Below the pieces are notes generated by a model. That model worked only from the letters and a program-made list of their open reading frames with translations, was not told the origin of the DNA and ran no database searches. Source: an uncultured Pelagibacteraceae bacterium (GTDB lineage Bacteria > Pseudomonadota > Alphaproteobacteria > Pelagibacterales > Pelagibacteraceae). From it: DNA of 64,000 bases. A program made the translations under genes and the position numbers. Location of the stretch: the NCBI GenBank assembly GCA_902624185.1, contig CACNWU010000001.1, forward strand, positions 4,085 to 68,084, written 5' to 3'. Positions 61,842 through 64,000 of this stretch are shown here, in pieces. The first letter of the stretch is position 1, and the number at the start of each line of letters is the position of its first letter.

Positions 61842-62818
61842 CTATTATCTTTTATAAATTCTCTTAAATTTTTTGCTGGGTATCCCATCACTCTAGTGTT
61901 ATCAGGTATGTCTTTTATAACACCACTGCCACCTCCAATTTGGACATTGTTTCCAACTTTTAAATGACCTGAAACACCAGCCTGTCCACCAATCATAACA
62001 TTATTACCCAAAGTAGAACTTCCAGCAAAACCAACTTGACCGGCAATAATACAATTATCACCAATTTTATTATTGTGGGCAATATGCACTTGGTTATCTA
62101 AGTATGTATTTTTACCAATTATTGTATTTGATAATGAACCTCTATCAATAGTAGAGCCACATCCAATTTCACAATTCTCATTTATTATTACAATACCAAT
62201 ATGGGGATATCTTATATTTTTATCTTTATTAGGAAAAAAACCAAAACCCTTTTTACCTATAACACATCCATCTAAAATACTTACGTTGTCTTTAATTATT
62301 GTGTTTCTAATAATTACATTAGAACCAATAGAACAATTTGAACCAATGATAACATTTTTTTCAATAATTGTATTATGACCAATTAAACAATTTTTTCCTA
62401 TTTTAACGTTTTTACCTATCAAAACATTTTTTCCAAATTTTACCTTCCTCTTGAAAGAAGTTTTAGAAATATCTTTTGCTGAATCATCAAAATCATCAAC
62501 AATAGATTTTGGATAAAATTCTTTTGTAATTTTTGACATAGATAATATTACATTCTTAACAATTATCTTTTTACATGAACTTGGTAAAAATTGAGAAAGA
62601 TTGTCTAAAGTAATGCAGTAAGAAGCTTTAGTTTTAGACGCTAATTCAGAATAATTTTTTGAGTGAAAGAAAGTTAAATCCTTATTACTTGCAGAAGTTA
62701 AGTCAGCAACATTATAAATTTTATCTTTCTTAAAATTTTCTTTATTTTCAATATTAGTTTTATTTAATAATTTTTCTATATTGAAAGGTCCGACATTTTT
62801 AAAAAAAGGATTTAACAT
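61838..62818 (-). CDS. lpxD: UDP-3-O-acyl-glucosamine N-acyltransferase
   Basis: GFGF, TIDRG, DNQVHIAHN, GYPA. Confidence 0.97.
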   Translation of the reverse strand: MLNPFFKNVGPFNIEKLLNKTNIENKENFKKDKIYNVADLTSASNKDLTFFHSKNYSELASKTKASYCITLDNLSQFLPSSCKKIIVKNVILSMSKITKEFYPKSIVDDFDDSAKDISKTSFKRKVKFGKNVLIGKNVKIGKNCLIGHNTIIEKNVIIGSNCSIGSNVIIRNTIIKDNVSILDGCVIGKKGFGFFPNKDKNIRYPHIGIVIINENCEIGCGSTIDRGSLSNTIIGKNTYLDNQVHIAHNNKIGDNCIIAGQVGFAGSSTLGNNVMIGGQAGVSGHLKVGNNVQIGGGSGVIKDIPDNTRVMGYPAKNLREFIKDNR

Positions 62819-62872
62819 TTAAGAATATTTATCAAAATTTATGATATTCTTAGTATCAATTATTATTACTAA

Positions 62873-63328
62873 TTATTTTCTATCTACTATAGTAGCTGAC
62901 CATTGAGCATCAGCCATTTTTTTTTCACCTACAAAGGCTTCACCTTTATATTTCCACACTCTACCATGTGATCTAATAGCCTCAATATTGAGTTCTAACT
63001 TGCAATCAGGAATAACAGGATTTCTAAATCTTGCTTTTTCAACACTCATCAAAAAAACAAGTTTATTTTCATAAGTTTCTTTATCAATACCATGAGCTGT
63101 TAACGCTGCTGCAGCTTGTCCAAATGCCTCAACAATCAAAACTCCTGGCATTACTGGTTGTCCTGGAAAATGACCTTGAACATAAAAACCATCTTTCTTA
63201 ACATTCATTATTGCTGTAGCTGAATGTAATTTTTTTATATTGGTAAGTTCATCAATTAATAACATTGGCTCTCTATGAGGCAACAAATCTATTATATCTT
63301 TTTTTGATAACTTAGTTATTTCAGTCAT
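62873..63328 (-). CDS. fabZ: 3-hydroxyacyl-ACP dehydratase
   Basis: LPHREP, GHFPGQPVMPGVLIVEA. Confidence 0.97.
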   Translation of the reverse strand: MTEITKLSKKDIIDLLPHREPMLLIDELTNIKKLHSATAIMNVKKDGFYVQGHFPGQPVMPGVLIVEAFGQAAAALTAHGIDKETYENKLVFLMSVEKARFRNPVIPDCKLELNIEAIRSHGRVWKYKGEAFVGEKKMADAQWSATIVDRK

Positions 63329-63333
63329 AATAT

Positions 63334-63852
63334 TTAGTTTTTTAAACTCTTTACTTCTTTATTAAATATTTCAAGTACTTGATCAGTTATATCTAAATCA
63401 GTTTTACCAATGACTATATTTTTTTTTTGAATAATTAATGAAATAGAATTTTTATTAGCATAATCTGACAAGATTGAATTCAGGCTTAATACCATTGAGT
63501 TAGTTTGCTTCAATCTTAAATCTGCAAATTTTTTATTAATTGATCTTCTTTGTGTTTTAAAATTTTCTATTTCAGTTCTAAGATTTGAAATTTTTTCATT
63601 AAGTTCCTCTTTAGAAAGAATATTTTTTTGTTTAAGAATATCATTTTCCTTAACTTTCAATTCTTTTTCTTTTTTTTTTAAAGCTTTATCTTCTTTTTCA
63701 ATATCTTTCGCAATTTTTTTATTTAATTTTTTTCCAAGATCAGATTGATAAATGACCTTATCTATATCAATGAATACAATATTTTCAGCTGATAAGGTTG
63801 GGCTAATAAAAAAAATAGTTATTAACACAACAAAAGATACTAATTTAGACAT
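63334..63852 (-). CDS. skp: Skp/OmpH outer-membrane chaperone
   Basis: Signal peptide, coiled coil, DITDQV; downstream of bamA. Confidence 0.9.
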   Translation of the reverse strand: MSKLVSFVVLITIFFISPTLSAENIVFIDIDKVIYQSDLGKKLNKKIAKDIEKEDKALKKKEKELKVKENDILKQKNILSKEELNEKISNLRTEIENFKTQRRSINKKFADLRLKQTNSMVLSLNSILSDYANKNSISLIIQKKNIVIGKTDLDITDQVLEIFNKEVKSLKN

Positions 63853-63854
63853 AC

Positions 63855-64000
63855 CTAAAATGTTGTTCCAAGATTAAATTGAAAACTTTCTGTTTTATCA
63901 GTTGATGCTTTGGTCAAATCTTGCGCTATTGAAAAATTTAATGGCCCTATTGGTGTAAACCAATCAACAACTATTCCTGTTGAAGATCTTATCTTATTTG
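63855..64000 (-). CDS. bamA: Outer membrane assembly factor BamA, C-terminal end (partial)
   Basis: Manual translation ...IRSSTGIVVDWFTPIGPLNFSIAQD...ESFQFNLGTTF*, a BamA-type C-terminus. Confidence 0.92.
   Translation of the reverse strand, partial: NKIRSSTGIVVDWFTPIGPLNFSIAQDLTKASTDKTESFQFNLGTTF

Noticed and set aside
3573-62378. Numerous short antisense or nested ORFs (e.g. 3573-4052, 12225-12551, 23592-23900, 32650-32958, 45340-45669, 50651-50971, 55183-55533, 61531-61857)
   Set aside because: Lie within or opposite well-supported genes with no recognisable motifs; typical shadow ORFs
1-64000. CRISPR arrays, IS elements, prophage, rRNA
   Set aside because: No spaced direct repeats, transposase, integrase or phage ORFs, and no rRNA-like segment observed

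Overview
Very AT-rich, densely packed alphaproteobacterial chromosome segment. Gene content and streamlining strongly resemble SAR11/Ca. Pelagibacter (inference). Most of it is core housekeeping: uvrA (partial), secDF-yajC, serS, tatABC, scpAB, nagZ, argS, dgt, erpA, xth, znuABC-zur, ilvD, valS, three tRNAs (Cys, Asn, Arg), an aapJQMP/bztABCD-type amino-acid ABC transporter, trkAH, ntrYX, ispDF, lipA, eno, kdsA, pyrG, tpiA, trpEGDC, lexA, gltX and the lpx/fabZ/skp/bamA cluster. The most interesting part is the accessory-looking block at ~18.6-26.3 kb. It encodes ManC, a TagF-like CDP-alcohol phosphotransferase, an XRE-HTH fused to a LicC/PntC-type cytidylyltransferase, a PhnDCE importer and an SMR protein lacking the conserved Glu. 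No C-P catabolic or PepM/Ppd biosynthetic gene is present in the window. I propose this is a scavenge-activate-decorate pathway for phosphonates or phospho-head groups. Facing it is a PiT-like permease with a structured leader whose hairpin loop is complementary to its own Shine-Dalgarno (riboswitch-like candidate). No CRISPR array, rRNA, integrase or IS was seen.
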